Positions 36,529 through 49,840 of a stretch of DNA of 64,000 nt are shown here, in pieces. The stretch spans positions 1,975,324-2,039,323 of the forward strand of contig OZ316891.1 in assembly GCA_973895155.1 (NCBI GenBank). The letters are read 5' to 3'. A program made the translations under genes and the position numbers. The notes beneath the pieces are model-generated. The model did not search any database. It was not told the DNA's origin and saw only the letters and a list, made by a program, of their open reading frames with translations. How positions within the stretch are numbered: the first letter of the stretch is position 1; each line of letters starts with the position of its first letter. The stretch comes from Marsupella aquatica (lineage: Eukaryota; Plantae; Marchantiophyta).

Positions 36529-38534
36529 ATGAGAGGGCTATGGTGGCGGAATGCGTTGAATGGAGGGGATGGAAGACCGGTTGAGGCTGTGCACAGGGCG
36601 TGGAGGTTGATGAAGGAGGCCGGGTTTACGGGGAGTAGGGAATTGGGTTCGGGAAGGGGAAGACGTCGGGGAAAGGGCACAAAGGACAGACAGCTCGGAG
36701 TGGGCACAAGCCGAGGCTTGGATTGAGGGCGGGCAAACGCCCCTCAAATCGGTTGAGGATTCCCAACGTGGCTTTACGTATACTCTTGGTTTGGCTTATC
36801 AGGTTTGTGAATTGAGCTTGTGGCATGTTCTCGCCTCTCTGTCACTGCCCAAATTAATGGATAGTATGCCATTCGGCTGTTACTCCTGCCATCTTTGACA
36901 TTTAAAAAGGATCATTTTCTCATGGCTTGTTGAAAAACTCCATCTCATACTCCCACACCCCATTGTTATTGAGTATAGTACAATTATTTTCTAAACCATG
37001 ATCAAGAGGCTGTCCCGTCAAAGATATTTTCATATCAGAAAATGAAGTGGTATCGTATTCTGTGCATCTGAGGCTTTAGTTGTTTTCGGGTGGAGTATAT
37101 ACCACTTGAGTTGCAAATTTTGCTGCACTTTCGATGATTTGAGCTGAATGTGTCACTTCAACCGAGTGTTTCCGCTATCTGACATTTGACATTGTGGCGA
37201 TGTAGCCTGTAAATTTGAACACAATTGCAGAGCTTGTAAGTCAAGGTCGTATAGATTCTTCGCAGCTGATAACCATGAAGACCCTCAAGGTTTGTACTTG
37301 TTTGATGAATGACAGTCATTTGCTGTGCCGTTTGTAAGTGAGTTGGTTTGTACGGGTACGGAGTACTATGTAAACCTGAACCTAGAAATCAATCACCTGA
37401 GGCTTGGGTGTTCTATCTTTTCGATGTCCTCAAGGCAATGGATCTCGTTTAATGGTTTCTGCATATTTTAGCATGAAGACCGACGTTAGTGATAAATTGA
37501 AAGCACAAATAGACAACTGGGAATCTTTGTTCGTGGCATTGGCTATGAAATCATAGCACGGAGGACAATGCTCTTTTGGGGCATGTGGCAAGCACAGTTT
37601 TCAGTTGATGAACCTTAGAATGTTCTCCTAGAGTAGCTGTAAATGAGATTTGCAGTACTCATTCACGTATGAGCGGTCGCAATAGATCACTGTACCGGAT
37701 TGTAACTACATTTTTTTCAATTCAGATGTACCCCTGCAATGGTAGTCTTTCGATTTGTGTGACGTATTCATCACCATGTTTATCTTCTGAATAAATCCTT
37801 TTGGCACTTTTCAAATGCTAACTATGGAATGGCTTATCTTGGCAGGATGCAGGGGCAGTTGGGAAGAAAATGAGGGATGGAATGAAGCTGCTAGGACGAG
37901 GGGCAGAAGAATTTTCATTTCCCATTCACATAGAGGTTGGTGTCGATGTCCGCAAGAGTTGTCTTACCCTGTCCATGCTACGCTATACAAGGAGTCACTG
38001 AATCTTTGTAGGAGATATCAAAGGTGGTCCACTGGGGGAACCTGGTTTTTTGCTTTAAAATCATGAATTGTGTGCTAGGGGGTAAGCACGAGTGATGGCA
38101 AAGAAGAAATCGACTACACCCTTTGAATCTCGTCCATAAGAAACCTGGTTGTTCTCATTATTTTTACATTAGTTTTGGAATGCGCTCGTTCTAGGCACAG
38201 AACTTGATTACTGGTAAGATAAGTTTCTTCGATAAATGTTATGCTGATTCTCTCTCTGATTCTTTTACAGGTGAGTAGAGTCTCGGAGCGAGCAAAGATT
38301 GCAATTGAGGCTGCTGGAGGAAGTGTGAGAAGGGTGCACTACGACCAGCTAGGCTTGCGTGCGCTACTTGATCCAGATTGGTTTTCAAGGAAAAGTCGTC
38401 TATTGCCTACACCTGCCCGTCCACCGTTGAAGTTTTTGTCTAAAGTTGATGGAACTGGACGATTGCCAGCTCCTTCTACCCCTGTTGCTTCTCCCACACT
38501 TACCGGTACGGAATCTTCTTCTCCAACTGAATAA
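36529..38534 (+). CDS. RPL15: Mitochondrial-type ribosomal protein uL15; exon 1 (~36529-36802) frameshifted, exons 37206-37289, 37846-37935 and 38271-38534 intact
   Basis: GKTSGKGHKGQTAR, (F)EGGQTPL and IP(K)RGF lie in shifting frames in exon 1; PVNLNTIAELVSQGRIDSSQLITMKTLK, DAGAVGKKMRDGMKLLGRG and AIEAAGGSVRRVHY join through phase-0 GT-AG introns. Confidence 0.8.
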
Positions 38535-41500
38535 TGGCCATCCCTGGTCCGAGCATTCTTAATACTGGATACAAGCCTTATCCCGAGGATCTCAATAATC
38601 ATCCATGAACAGATTTCGAGGAAGGGTGGGCCATCAACTATTTTCTGGAGGGTCTCCAATAGTTTTGTGCAGAGACTGTCCTGGTGGGGGACAGCAAAAC
38701 CTTGTTTTTGGGTACTTGAAGATTCTATGGAAGGACTGCCCGGTCTTAATTGGGCAGTAGTCAGAGTCAAGTTTCCAAAAGGGTAAAATGGACTCGGGGG
38801 AAGTTCTAGGTCGTAAATATCTGTTGCACAGATATTTACGCCAATTGCTAGCATGGCACAGTAGTCACTTTTGACACGGAAATTAGGAATGATTTCAGAA
38901 GCCCCCATTTCATTGTAAATCATGCTAACCATCGAGAACATGGATCAGTTTAGTGTTCGTTCAATTTGCAAAACATGAAGGGGTTGATGACGGCCATGTT
39001 TGAACTTGAACGGATTCTACTGTGGTTGAAGTGCAAAACGAGATATTGGCACGCCCTAACGAGTTCCTCAGAGCCACTTTAACATTCCAAAAATGCAAGT
39101 GTGTATAACGAGTGTAGCCCTTTAACCAGTTGGGCGGGGTTGGGCCACTTTCATACTTCTCCAGACTGGAGACTTTTGTGCAGAATATGATTATTATTCA
39201 AGCTCAGCTCCATTCTGAAGGCTCTTACATGACTCAGATGTTAACCTCTGCAGACACTTCGACGATTATTTTGCTCCATGGATTAGGTAGTGATATCTCT
39301 TCATTAGGTGCGAAAACAACTTGTTCGATTTGTAGGCGTTTGGGAAATTCCAGAGCTGATGAAGATGTATGTATATTGACCTTGGTCTCACAACTTCCAA
39401 TCCATAGCTCTTACACAAGAATTTTCAAAATCGAAACGTGTTCTACGTTGCTACCTGTTTGGGGATACTCTACGCTACGAAAAAGTTGGTGGGAGACTTC
39501 ACTAATGGCTTATGGTGGAAATTTCCACCTATATTTCGGCATAGATCCTCCTCAAAAACATTGGTTCTCCTATCTGTTTTTCTTTTAACCCCACCAGGAT
39601 GCGGATATAGTCAGGACATGGTGTGAAAGAGAAACAAACGTCATTACATTTGTAAGTACCTATCTGCTATTGTTAGGACTGGTCTCCTGGGAGGAAGGCT
39701 AAATTGACACTAGCATGAAATTAGGGTTTGTCTTCAAACGTGAAGACAACATAATAACAACAGATAAAAGTCGGAATGAAAAATCTTGGCTACTGACGTG
39801 TGTGAACTCAAGATCATCTATTTTCTACTAGCAATTTGAACAAAAGTGGAAAAGAATTAAAACACACACAAAATAGTGTTATTTGGGCTCAGAATAGTTT
39901 GTATCAAAATTAGCGGTCAACACTAATTCTTGCTAATTAAGATGAACAGTGTAAATGAGACCAAAGAGCCTAAATTAGACCAAAAAATGAACTCAAAATT
40001 GCAAAAAGAAAAATCATGAAGGGCATTAGCTTATGATGAAAGTTTAACTGCATCCTCGATGATCAATTTGGAAATCATGAAGGGAATCAAGTGATGATAA
40101 AAGTTTAATTCCTTCCTCGATGATCAATTTGGAAATCTTACATGGAGGTTGTCAACCCTCTGGCAACCAGATTGTTTCTTAACATTGTAAATTTCCAATT
40201 GAGAGAGTGAGACCTAGATTTCATATACTTGAGGACATCGAGTGCCGGAGATCGAGGAGGTCAGGAATTGCGCCCCAGAGATCCTGGATTCTTGTGTTCA
40301 TGCACATGGACGCAATGAGAAAGTGGCTTGGTGACGAGAAATGAGCAGAAGAATCGCTGCCGAGCAGCAGCTGATCCCTCATAGGTGGAAGCTATGTACA
40401 TTACTTCGATTGGCTTTCTGCAGAGATCATTTCTATCCCTTTTGATAACCGAAGAGTCCGTCTGGAATGATGAGACCAAATCAGGCTCGATCTGAAGGTT
40501 GACGTAAGAGAATGGAAAGTGTGAGGAGTTCCATAAGTATTGCACTGCATCCTTTCGAGCGCTTCGAAACTATACGTCCTCACCAAGTGTTTGCACAGAG
40601 TGGGTTGAATTGCAGTTTCGTGGGAGCCTCCGTAGTTTTCTCCTTCCTATGTAATTTTGTGCAATGTCCACCTAAGTATAGCAATATCGGTTCTCAAGCG
40701 GGTGAAGAAAAATTGTGTACAATTTAACCCCCGACGTCCGTCCTTTGCGCAGTGTGTGAAAAATACGAAGCAGCGATTGTTCTAATCAGACACTGGTCAC
40801 GATGTAAGAAATGTCGGTCATGGAAACTTTCGTAACTAGTGTCATGCCTTTGCAGGTTCTGAACGGGACTGCCTGTTGTGCAACACACCTGTGGTGCATA
40901 CTTGCCCACCGACATCGATCCCGTAGCAGTTAGTACGTCTGCAGGTCATTCAAAATTAGGAAATGAATATGCGCCAGTCTTCGCCCATTCTGGTGATCTG
41001 TTATACTTTCGGTGGTGGAAACAGATCGTAGGTAGTCTAGATTCTACTGTAGAGATTAGTCTACATGCACACCGTTCAATGTGAAAACTGGTCGGGCAAG
41101 CATTGAACGATGAGATAATTATCGAAAATCCTACGAAGGCGCACACCACCTGTGATACCAATCTTCTGCCACCACTTCGACAGAGCTTTGACCGGGAAGC
41201 AGGCGCTCTGAAGACTTACAGTCGACCAGTGTAGTTTCCTTGAAAGCACCGGAGCATGAAAGGTCCATCAAACGGCACGCATTAGTGCATTGCGCGTCCA
41301 TTACATTGCTAGACAGAGTGGAGAAGGGACCCCCGACTAGCTCTGCGCTAATCGAATTTGCATTGCACTACAGGTGTACTTCGCCAGCTCGCAACGGCCG
41401 ATAAAACAAATGAGAATGATGTATAAACTGTGGCCTAATAAATATGACTGTCACGACCAGCTGGATGCGGGGACACTTGTGGAAGAAGTCAAGAATAAGT

Positions 41501-43532
41501 TAGAGTTCGATTCTGATGAAAAAAGTACCAAAAGGTTTTTGCGGGTTCAACGATTGTACCGTGACTGGAGCAGAAGTCCCCACCGAGGAACAGCACGGGC
41601 CCACGTCTGCGAACAACGTTAACCCCAACTGTTTCCGAGCCGTCGAACTGTAGGAACGTCGACCAGTCGAGGACTTTGACTGACTGGCACATGACTGTCT
41701 TTCAGCAACCCGCAGTACAGTTTCCGAACGCATTTCATTTTTATTCGTATCGATTCGAGGAGGCCGCCAGACTGCAACGGAGAAACGTGTCTTGTGGGTC
41801 AGTGGGTACCTCGAAGCGTAACCAGTACGACATGGAGTAGGTCCACCACTTACTCAAGATTTGGTCGGAGGTCCTCATCTGCACGTATAGGGATTTCATT
41901 TCATAATATTTTGGGTCAGGTCCTCTGGGAACTGGGAAGCGTAGAGCCTACACTGCCCAGTTCCCATCAGGTCACAATCAATGGTGATGGCAATCACCTT
42001 CACGGACGTACCGCCATTTCACTTTACATCGCGGAAGATGCGGACAACATCGAGTAAGTACCACATCAAGGAAGCGTAATAGACAAGTTGAAATGAGACT
42101 TGAGTCCCGCAGAGGGGCTATTGTTTTAATTTTCCATGGGGGGCTTAGTCGCAGTACCAGGTGCACTTCAGTTCTTCCATAGATCTGAAGCAACTCCAAA
42201 CTTGTTGGGTGGGCCCCACTACAGCAGCTTCCGGGCCATCAATTTTCCGTTTTCAAAGTCTAGAACGACGGGACTATTGCGTCAGCAACGTTCACGCCTA
42301 TAAAGTATGCACATTGGGTGTTCACAAGTCCAGGGCAATAAGTACCAGTAGTGGGTGTGCAGAGAGTACACTCAAATCACATCAAGTTGGAGTACGTCAA
42401 TTTCATCAGGTGCCGGATGGAAATCTACCCTGAGGGAGACATAAAGGTTACAATTCTGTTCGTCAGGAAGACCACTGATGGCTGAAACGAAGATCGGATA
42501 TTTAGATTTAACTCGGCAAAGGAAGCGTACAGCGGAAACGTTAGGCAGTCGCTTATACCAAGACATAGACACTGTACATGAGCATCACCATTTGCCTTTT
42601 GAGGTGACCAGTGAGAACTACGGCAGTGGACAGCGACAATTTTGACGTGTAAATATTGACGACATCGTCCGTCCTTCCTCTATAAATCTAAAACATAGAT
42701 TCTGGCTTTGCAGTTCCCTCTCAGGATCGTACTATTGCTCACGGCATTGGGGTTGTAGTTCCCAACTGTAATGCTGCATTATTGTGTCAAGTAAGCGATC
42801 ACCCTAAAAATATTATATTCTAGAGATTGCTGTTATCGAAATGCTCAACCGAGTGGCTTAAAATGTGATTAAACCAAACAAATTCATTGTCAAATTCATT
42901 GTTGCCAGTCCAACATAAATCAGAGAAGCAACCGTGAATTTGATACAATTCGAAATACTAAGTATAAGTTTGCAGAAATGTCAGGCTCAAAATCTTTTGA
43001 GACAACAACTAAAAATTAGAATAATGGGACGAATCCAGGTATCACAGCACTGATTTCACAAATTCGTCTTCTAATTAATGACGAATGAAACGCAGTGACT
43101 CTTCGTGCATACCTGTCGACAATGACAGGGATGTCGTGAGCGAGAGACTCATAATCAAAATCGTCTAAACTAGGCTCCAAAAAATGTCTTCAATATCAGT
43201 TACTGAATCGACGCAGTACTTGACGCACGACCTCCATGGTCACGCGAAGCATACTGCGTGAAAGGGCGATCTACTCATCCTTTCCAGCGAGGACAGGGAT
43301 GAAATATCCCGGGCCATCCCATGCCACAACGACAAGCTCGTCCGTTCACGAATCCAGACTGCAAATTGACGAAATCCACGCTCACGCATGCCCAGACTTC
43401 TTCAATGCAAAAAGTATGCTCGCAATGGTCGTTGAAACTATTCGGCCTCCCTCGTAGGAAGAGTAAACGCCAGCACTCGCGCCAGCAAAGTAGTCGACAA
43501 ATTCGTATTCAGCCGCACCATTTTTCCCGACG

Positions 43533-44069
43533 TTATTGCGATCGCACCACCGGCCTCGATACCGAGAAGCCGTTGGCGCGTCTTGGTACTGTCATAAACG
43601 CAACGAACTCGTCGTAAGTTACCTTGTTCGGGACGGTCCGCAAACCAGGTCCCTTCAGCATTGCCAAGAAATCCGCATCTGAGAGACGACTCCCGAGAGA
43701 GTACATGACAGCATCCAAGTCCTTCTTACACACAAATCCGTCGCAATTTTTGTCCAACGCCCGAAACATGGTCTCGAGAACCTCATCAGTGTTCTCTTCC
43801 TTACTAAGCGCCGATATATCACTCATCGGCTCAAAATTCAACAACAGTAAGAACTGCTCCAAATCAACATTCCCATCCACCAGAGCGAGCATGTGCTGCA
43901 CGTCATCCTTCGATATAAGCTTGCACGCTACGCTCTCCTGTAAAAACAGCTCTAAATCCGACGTCGCAATGATACCATCACCGTCCCTGTCTAACACGGC
44001 AAACGCCTCTTGCAATCGCTCGAGATTGTTATCCAACGTCAACCCCCGATCCCTCCTCGTGGGACACAT
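43533..44069 (-). CDS. Calmodulin-like EF-hand protein (CML), single exon
   Basis: ATG at 44069 (MCPT...); EF loops DRDGDGIIATSDL and DKNCDGFVCKKDL, plus degenerate loops (NVDLEQF, KVTYDEF). Confidence 0.85.
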   Translation of the reverse strand: MCPTRRDRGLTLDNNLERLQEAFAVLDRDGDGIIATSDLELFLQESVACKLISKDDVQHMLALVDGNVDLEQFLLLLNFEPMSDISALSKEENTDEVLETMFRALDKNCDGFVCKKDLDAVMYSLGSRLSDADFLAMLKGPGLRTVPNKVTYDEFVAFMTVPRRANGFSVSRPVVRSQ

Positions 44070-44499
44070 CTCCTTATCCGGTAACTCAAACAAATCTCCC
44101 CAAGTTTTCTGAAAATCTCTGTGTGTCTCCGCCAATGAAGCAATTCCCTCCAGTTAACAAGTAAGGCAACGCCACACCACACGCAACACGTTAAATCGAC
44201 GAAAGAATCTCCACCTTCCGAACGAACTCAACAACCAGCGGAAGTCCAATCGCGCTGCTGCCACAGCATGAGGCGTCCACGCCACCCACAAACTCTCCCA
44301 AACCAAAACAAACGAGAGGCGCGCCAATCAATCGATCCTCAAGAGATCCGTAACAGAATCAAGCGAAACAGCACACAGCGTACAGGAGACGAGCGCTGTG
44401 TGGGTTCTGCTGTGTGGGTTCAGGTCGAATTACAGATCTCCAATGCGCGCTCCTCCTGCTTCTCCTCCACACACACTTAACTCTGAGCGGCAGCAGAGC

Positions 44500-44508
44500 T
44501 TTTTATAA
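44500..44508 (-). promoter_or_regulatory. Candidate TATA box for the CML gene
   Basis: TTATAAAAA on the minus strand in a GC-rich context, about 430 bp upstream of the ATG. Confidence 0.45.
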
Positions 44509-44724
44509 GTGCAGGAGTCTTGTCCTCTCGGTGCCATTCCCCGTTCGCCCAGTCGCCGTTCGCCTCCTTCCTCGCACTGTGCCTCGCGATGATCTGCGCC
44601 ACACGAGGAACCACACACTGGTACTGGAGGGTGCAGAGTACGTGCGGTGCACATCAGCCTGAGCTCGAGCAATCAGTCAAACACGAATACACTGCGCCCA
44701 TGGAGGCATGGACGGACCTTCCGT

Positions 44725-45010
44725 CTTGCTATTTGAGTCTACCCAGGAAATGAAACTTCGGCCAGCACCATTGGTTTGTTTCTTCCTCCGGCTCGACAGC
44801 CCTTTAGTAGTGCTATTTGAATCTTCTGAGAAAATGAAACTAGGCCAGTACCATTGGGTGTTTTTCCCACCGGCGAGACTGAGGTACAGTCGTGCTATTC
44901 GAATCTATTGGCAAATGAGACTTTGGCCAAAACCATTGGTTGTTTTTTTGCTCAGGCGCACCAGACCTATAGTAGAGCTATTTGAATCTATAGGAAAATG
45001 TGACTTAGGC
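44725..45010. repeat. Degenerate tandem repeat, ~4 x 80-85 bp
   Basis: gctatttgaatct...aaatgaaact...ggcca...ccattgg recurs at about 44730, 44811, 44894 and 44977. Confidence 0.7.
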
Positions 45011-46929
45011 CTGGTTGTTTTATCATCGTTGAAAACATGTATTTTTAAATTTTTTTCAAGAATTGAATTTTTATTTATATTCAAATTTATTTCAAATTTA
45101 AAAAAAAAATGTTGAATATGAATAAATACTATTCCTTTTTAATTAAGTTTTTCTTCTCATTCAGATAAGGACAGTTTGGCCAGGCATTTGTTTTAGAAGG
45201 GATCTATTAATAGATCTGATGGTGTAAAACAAATGTTTTGATGAAAGTCAATATTGATTCTCATTTTTTAAGTTTGTAAAGGGATGGGATGAGGATGATA
45301 GTGGTAGATTGTAAAAGGAGGGGTCCTTAATACTGGTGCATTGCTCTCCATTTTCTTTGTCTCTTTAGATCTCTTTTTGCTTGGAATCTTCTTGCTTGGG
45401 AAACATTATACTCCGTTTTCATTCACCCTATCATTTTATTTTTTTTAATTCTTTATGTTTGTCATTTTTTGGATACAGCAAATTGGAATAACGACCATAC
45501 TATAAAAAGACGCAACCTTGATGCATAGCTTTTGATGCATTCACTTATTGCCACTGTAGTCTACTGTTATTAATTTAATAGCACTCGTATATACGGGACC
45601 TTCCCGAAGAGTCTACGGGATCTTTCGGTATCCTATTCTGTACTAATAATTAGGTAAGTAGAGCACATTCCTGGGCTCATTCCTGTACATAGGAATAAAC
45701 ATAAAGGAGAATGTTGAGTTGGTCCAGCCCTTATGGTATTTGATTCTCAATCGACCACGTGTCCAGGTACAGTAGATCTCATTTCTTTTCAGAGCTACTA
45801 GAGTTGTCCGTAATGTAAAGGGGCCCAAAAGCTAAAGCTGGGCTAGATTCCCAATATGTGCTTTGAGGTGTTTTTCTTTAAACTCTCCCAAGGTTCCCCT
45901 TAACAGGTTAGTTTGACAAATAAACAGGTGAGTTAAGTGCTTTATCTTGGCAAGCAGCTAGATAGAGAAAGAGTCTCAGCTCAGCAATGGAGCTGGCAAC
46001 AAAGGAGCTCAGCAGCAGCTTGATGCAGGCTGTGCATTCACAATGGAGCTGAGCACCTCGTGATGGATCTCAACAGCTTGCAGCAATGGAGCTCAGCAGT
46101 GCAATGATGGAGGGGAGGGAAGTTCATGCTTAGGCAGCTATGGGAAAACATCGGGCCTGGGCAATAATGATCAATTCGTGGCAACATAATGGGAAAAAGT
46201 TGTAGATTTTAGAATATAGTAAAATCATAGGAAAACTTTGCCTTAGTCCAAATCTGGATAGTGTATCCTTCTTTGAGACGGACCCAAAGTTTCAAGAGGG
46301 ATATGCTCAATAGACCCCCTCCAGGAGAAACTTTACTTGATCAGCCCCCTCCAAACTTTTTTGCCCCAATCAGCCCCCTCATTATGGCCCGTACCCTTTT
46401 CTCCCGTGTTAGCCAGTTTCCCCCGTGTAAAGGCCATACTGCACAGTTGGGAGCCATGCCACCACACAGGGTCGCCTCCCGCAGTCGACCATGAGACTCC
46501 GCTGCAGGAGGGCGCAACTACGCGGTTTTGCGTTCTCGCACTATGGTCCCTTATGAGTGTGAATACATTGTGGTTTATGTATTCAACAAAATTTCTGTTT
46601 TAGGGCGCACATTGTCGGGGCGCGGTTTAGGGTCAAGCGCGAGAGTCATTTGTCGAGGGTGGGATCGACATTTTTTGTTGTTTTACGGAGGGGACTAAGG
46701 CATCGTTCATGGAGGTGAGGCGTCGTTTGCTGCTGGCGGCTGGCCATTTTGGGGAGGTTCATGCTTTGATCGTGTGCACATTTCATTGATCGATGCCAAA
46801 GGAGAGCTTGAGGTTTGAGTTGCGGCCCACTGCTAGGATCGAGTAGTGTTCATTCACCCCATTCTCCGAGATTTCTTTCACATTGTAGCGCCTGCCAGAT
46901 TGTTGGTGGGTTGTTTTGGTTTGGTGAGA

Positions 46930-48250
46930 GTGTCTCCCTTTGTTGTTCTTCAATTCCATAGGAGGATTGTCCGCCCGCCAATGTAGCCCAAGAAACTGTT
47001 TAGTCCTGCATACCATAACATGAATGACGTCTCCTGCATTATCTTATCTATCTGGTCGTAAGTTTTTCTACATTGTTCAGTTTTGCATTGTTCAGATTAG
47101 TTCAGATCATTTGCAGAGTCTCCTTGTTCTTGTGCATTTTTGTCACCATGAAATCCATGTCCTCTAGTTCTGCTGCATAGTTTGAATACGTGGATAACAG
47201 TGTAGGGCTAGGTTGCATTTGGGAGTTCAATCCTGTTCTTGAATTTGTGGCTTCAGCGGGGGCTTCAGTTTCCTCTCAGGATTTTGTGGTTGCCTACGAG
47301 CTTTAGGCAAAGTGGACTTCACGACAGGGATTAATCTGCGTCCCACTTGAACCCGCATGTCTTTGTTTCTTGGTCAAAGCACTAGGTATGATTTCAGCTC
47401 TTTTTGCCAAAGTATAAATCTTGTAGCACCATTGTTTGCAAAGTGCTGAAGAAGTTATTTCTGAATGCTTCATGACGTGCATTGCATCCTGAATTTTACA
47501 AACGTTGTCTAAATGTCGACAAGTTTGAATGTTGTGCATGTTTCGAATACCATGACATGAATGTCTTTGAGTTCTGCTGCCCTGTTTGAATACCAAGACA
47601 TTCGTGTGTTCTAGTTTTGCTTATATCTGAACCTGTTATCTTCTTGGTTTGGTCTAGCTATCATCATAATCGCCTCTTGTTGTGCTCTTGTTGCAAACAT
47701 TGATGGGCTGTTTTGTTTTGGTGAGAGTATTTTCCTCTGTTGTTCTTTCAGAGGAGGATTGTCCGTCAATGTAGCCCAAGATACTGTCTCCTGCATTTTT
47801 TTGCATCGTGTTGATGCGCAGAATACCATTACCTGAATGTCTCTTGCATTTTGCAATTTTTGATCACCATCACATCCATGTCTTCCGGTTCTGGCACTAC
47901 ATAGTTCCAATATTACGTGGATAACAGTGTAGGGATTGTTTCCAATGGCAGTTGAATCCTATCCTTGAATTTGTGAATGAAGTTTCCTCTCTGGATTTTG
48001 TGGTTGCCTGCAAGCTCTAGGCAAAGTGGACTTCATGACAGGGATTGATCTGCGTCTGACTTGAAGGGGGAGATTCTCGGTCGAAGCACTAGGTATGACT
48101 GACTGCATCCTGACTTTACAAACATTGTCTGCATGTCGACGAATGTTGGAGGTGCATGTTTTGAATACCATGACATGGATGTTTGCGAGTTCTTCTATTC
48201 TCTTTGAATACCATGACATTCGTGTCTTCTAAATTTGCTTATCTGTTGAA
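46930..48250. repeat. Diverged direct duplication, ~600-700 bp x 2
   Basis: Collinear shared blocks: ggaggattgtccg (46961/47753), acgtggataacagtgtaggg (~47188/47915), taggcaaagtggacttca (47304/48018), tttgaatacca.gacattcgtgt (47585/48202). Confidence 0.85.
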
Positions 48251-49584
48251 GTCGTCGGCATGAGTGTAGGGACCGCTCTGCTTCCATTAAGGAGTGGAAA
48301 GCAATACAGGCTGAAGGTCAAGGTCATAGGCTGGAGAGGTTGGGTTCGATTTTGAGCCCAACCAAGGTTCATGCTCAGTTTCCATGGCACCACGAATGAG
48401 AAGAATTCGGGTAGCAGAGGAAGAGAATCACTTCCGACATCGTGTCGATGCTGAAGGCAAGCATGTGTTTGTCTGCATAGCTGGTGATCACAAGCCTCGA
48501 TCATTTTCTTCCTTTGCTGGTTTCCAGACCCACATGGACGTCACACACAAGTTGGAGTTGCCACCTGCATTACTGGAGGCGGGCAAACCTTGGTTGTTCT
48601 CAAAATCCGACTTCTCCACTCGGATTGCCAAGAAACATAAGGCCCCTGGGCCAAATGTGAGGAAGGACAACAATCAGGCCTCTTGGAACCGGCTTCGATC
48701 CACTGTGCGACTTCGGTGGAGACAGACTAAGTTGCGGAAGAAGACAATGCTAAAGAAGAAGTATGGTGTTGCTGCAGATGAGCCGCTTGTTCCTGCAAAA
48801 TCGTTGCTTATTCGTGTCATCAAGGAAGTGCACATACGTGCAAGGCAGGCTAATGGTTGGTCATCCTTGTTGGATGACAGTGTGTACGAGATGTTGCAAG
48901 ACTCTGTGTCAGCTGCTGCAATTTCTCCTATTTTGTCTCGCTGGGTTGCTTCAATCCAAGCTTTGCCGGTACTCCTACCTAGAGATCGTAAGTTGCAGGC
49001 ACTTCAATTAGATTGTAGTGTCCTGCCATGCATTTTCCCCCGGGCAGATGTGGAGGTGCAACCTCCCGAGCTGATGCAGTTTGATACAATTCGAGAGGCT
49101 CTCATTGCAGATGCCTTGAATTACTTGACTCAAAAAAGAGCGCTTCTGTAGTGGAAGCATGGCCCCAAAGAAGTGGACTTTGATGCTGCATACCAAGATT
49201 ACAAGGAGTGGAAAGAAGAGCAAAAGCCTGTCAGCATAGCCACAGCCACTAACAATTTGCTACAGGAATACAAAGGTCAGGGCATGACCACTGAAGCTGC
49301 ACGAATAGAGGTATGACCTTTTTATTTTACTTCCTGCGATCTTTGCTTGTTGTTTGTACATTCCATTCTCATCTTGTCCCAACCATGTGCAGGCTGGACT
49401 AAATGAAGAGTGGGAGGACACTTCTGACGATAGTGACTATGAGCATGGGCCTGAGAAGTGGGGTCCGTTGCTAAATGATGCTGATCAACAGCCAGATGAG
49501 CCAGACGTTGTATCTGAACCTGTCCTCAATACTTCAGTTGAGGACCCGCCTCTTGTACAAGATCCTATTCAGGTTCCTTCTCAT

Positions 49585-49840
49585 GTTCAGGATGATGAAG
49601 ACAGTGATCATCAGAATCCTTCTCATGTTGAGGATGTTGACCATCTTATTGAGCATCCTGTTCATGATCCTATTCAGGATCCGATTGACCATCCTGTTCA
49701 GGATGATGAAGACAATAATCATCAGAATCCTTCTCATGTTGAGGATTTAGACCATCTTATTGAGCATCCTGTTCATGATCCTATTCAGGGTCCTATTGAC
49801 CATCCTGTTCAAGATCCCATTGACAATCCTATTCAGGATG
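49585..49840 (+). repeat. Coding tandem repeat, ~2 x 111 bp plus 12-bp subrepeats
   Basis: QDDED.HQNPSHVED.DHLIEHPVHDPIQ.PIDHPV appears twice. Confidence 0.85.

Noticed and set aside
39240-39660. Possible LINE 3' zinc-finger remnant (CSICRR…EDV)
   Set aside because: Only a partial motif, with no RT, poly(A) tail or TSD visible.
40260-43200. Several 60-95 aa ORFs between uL15 and CML
   Set aside because: They are short, mostly have non-ATG starts, and show no recognisable domains or consistent splice chain.
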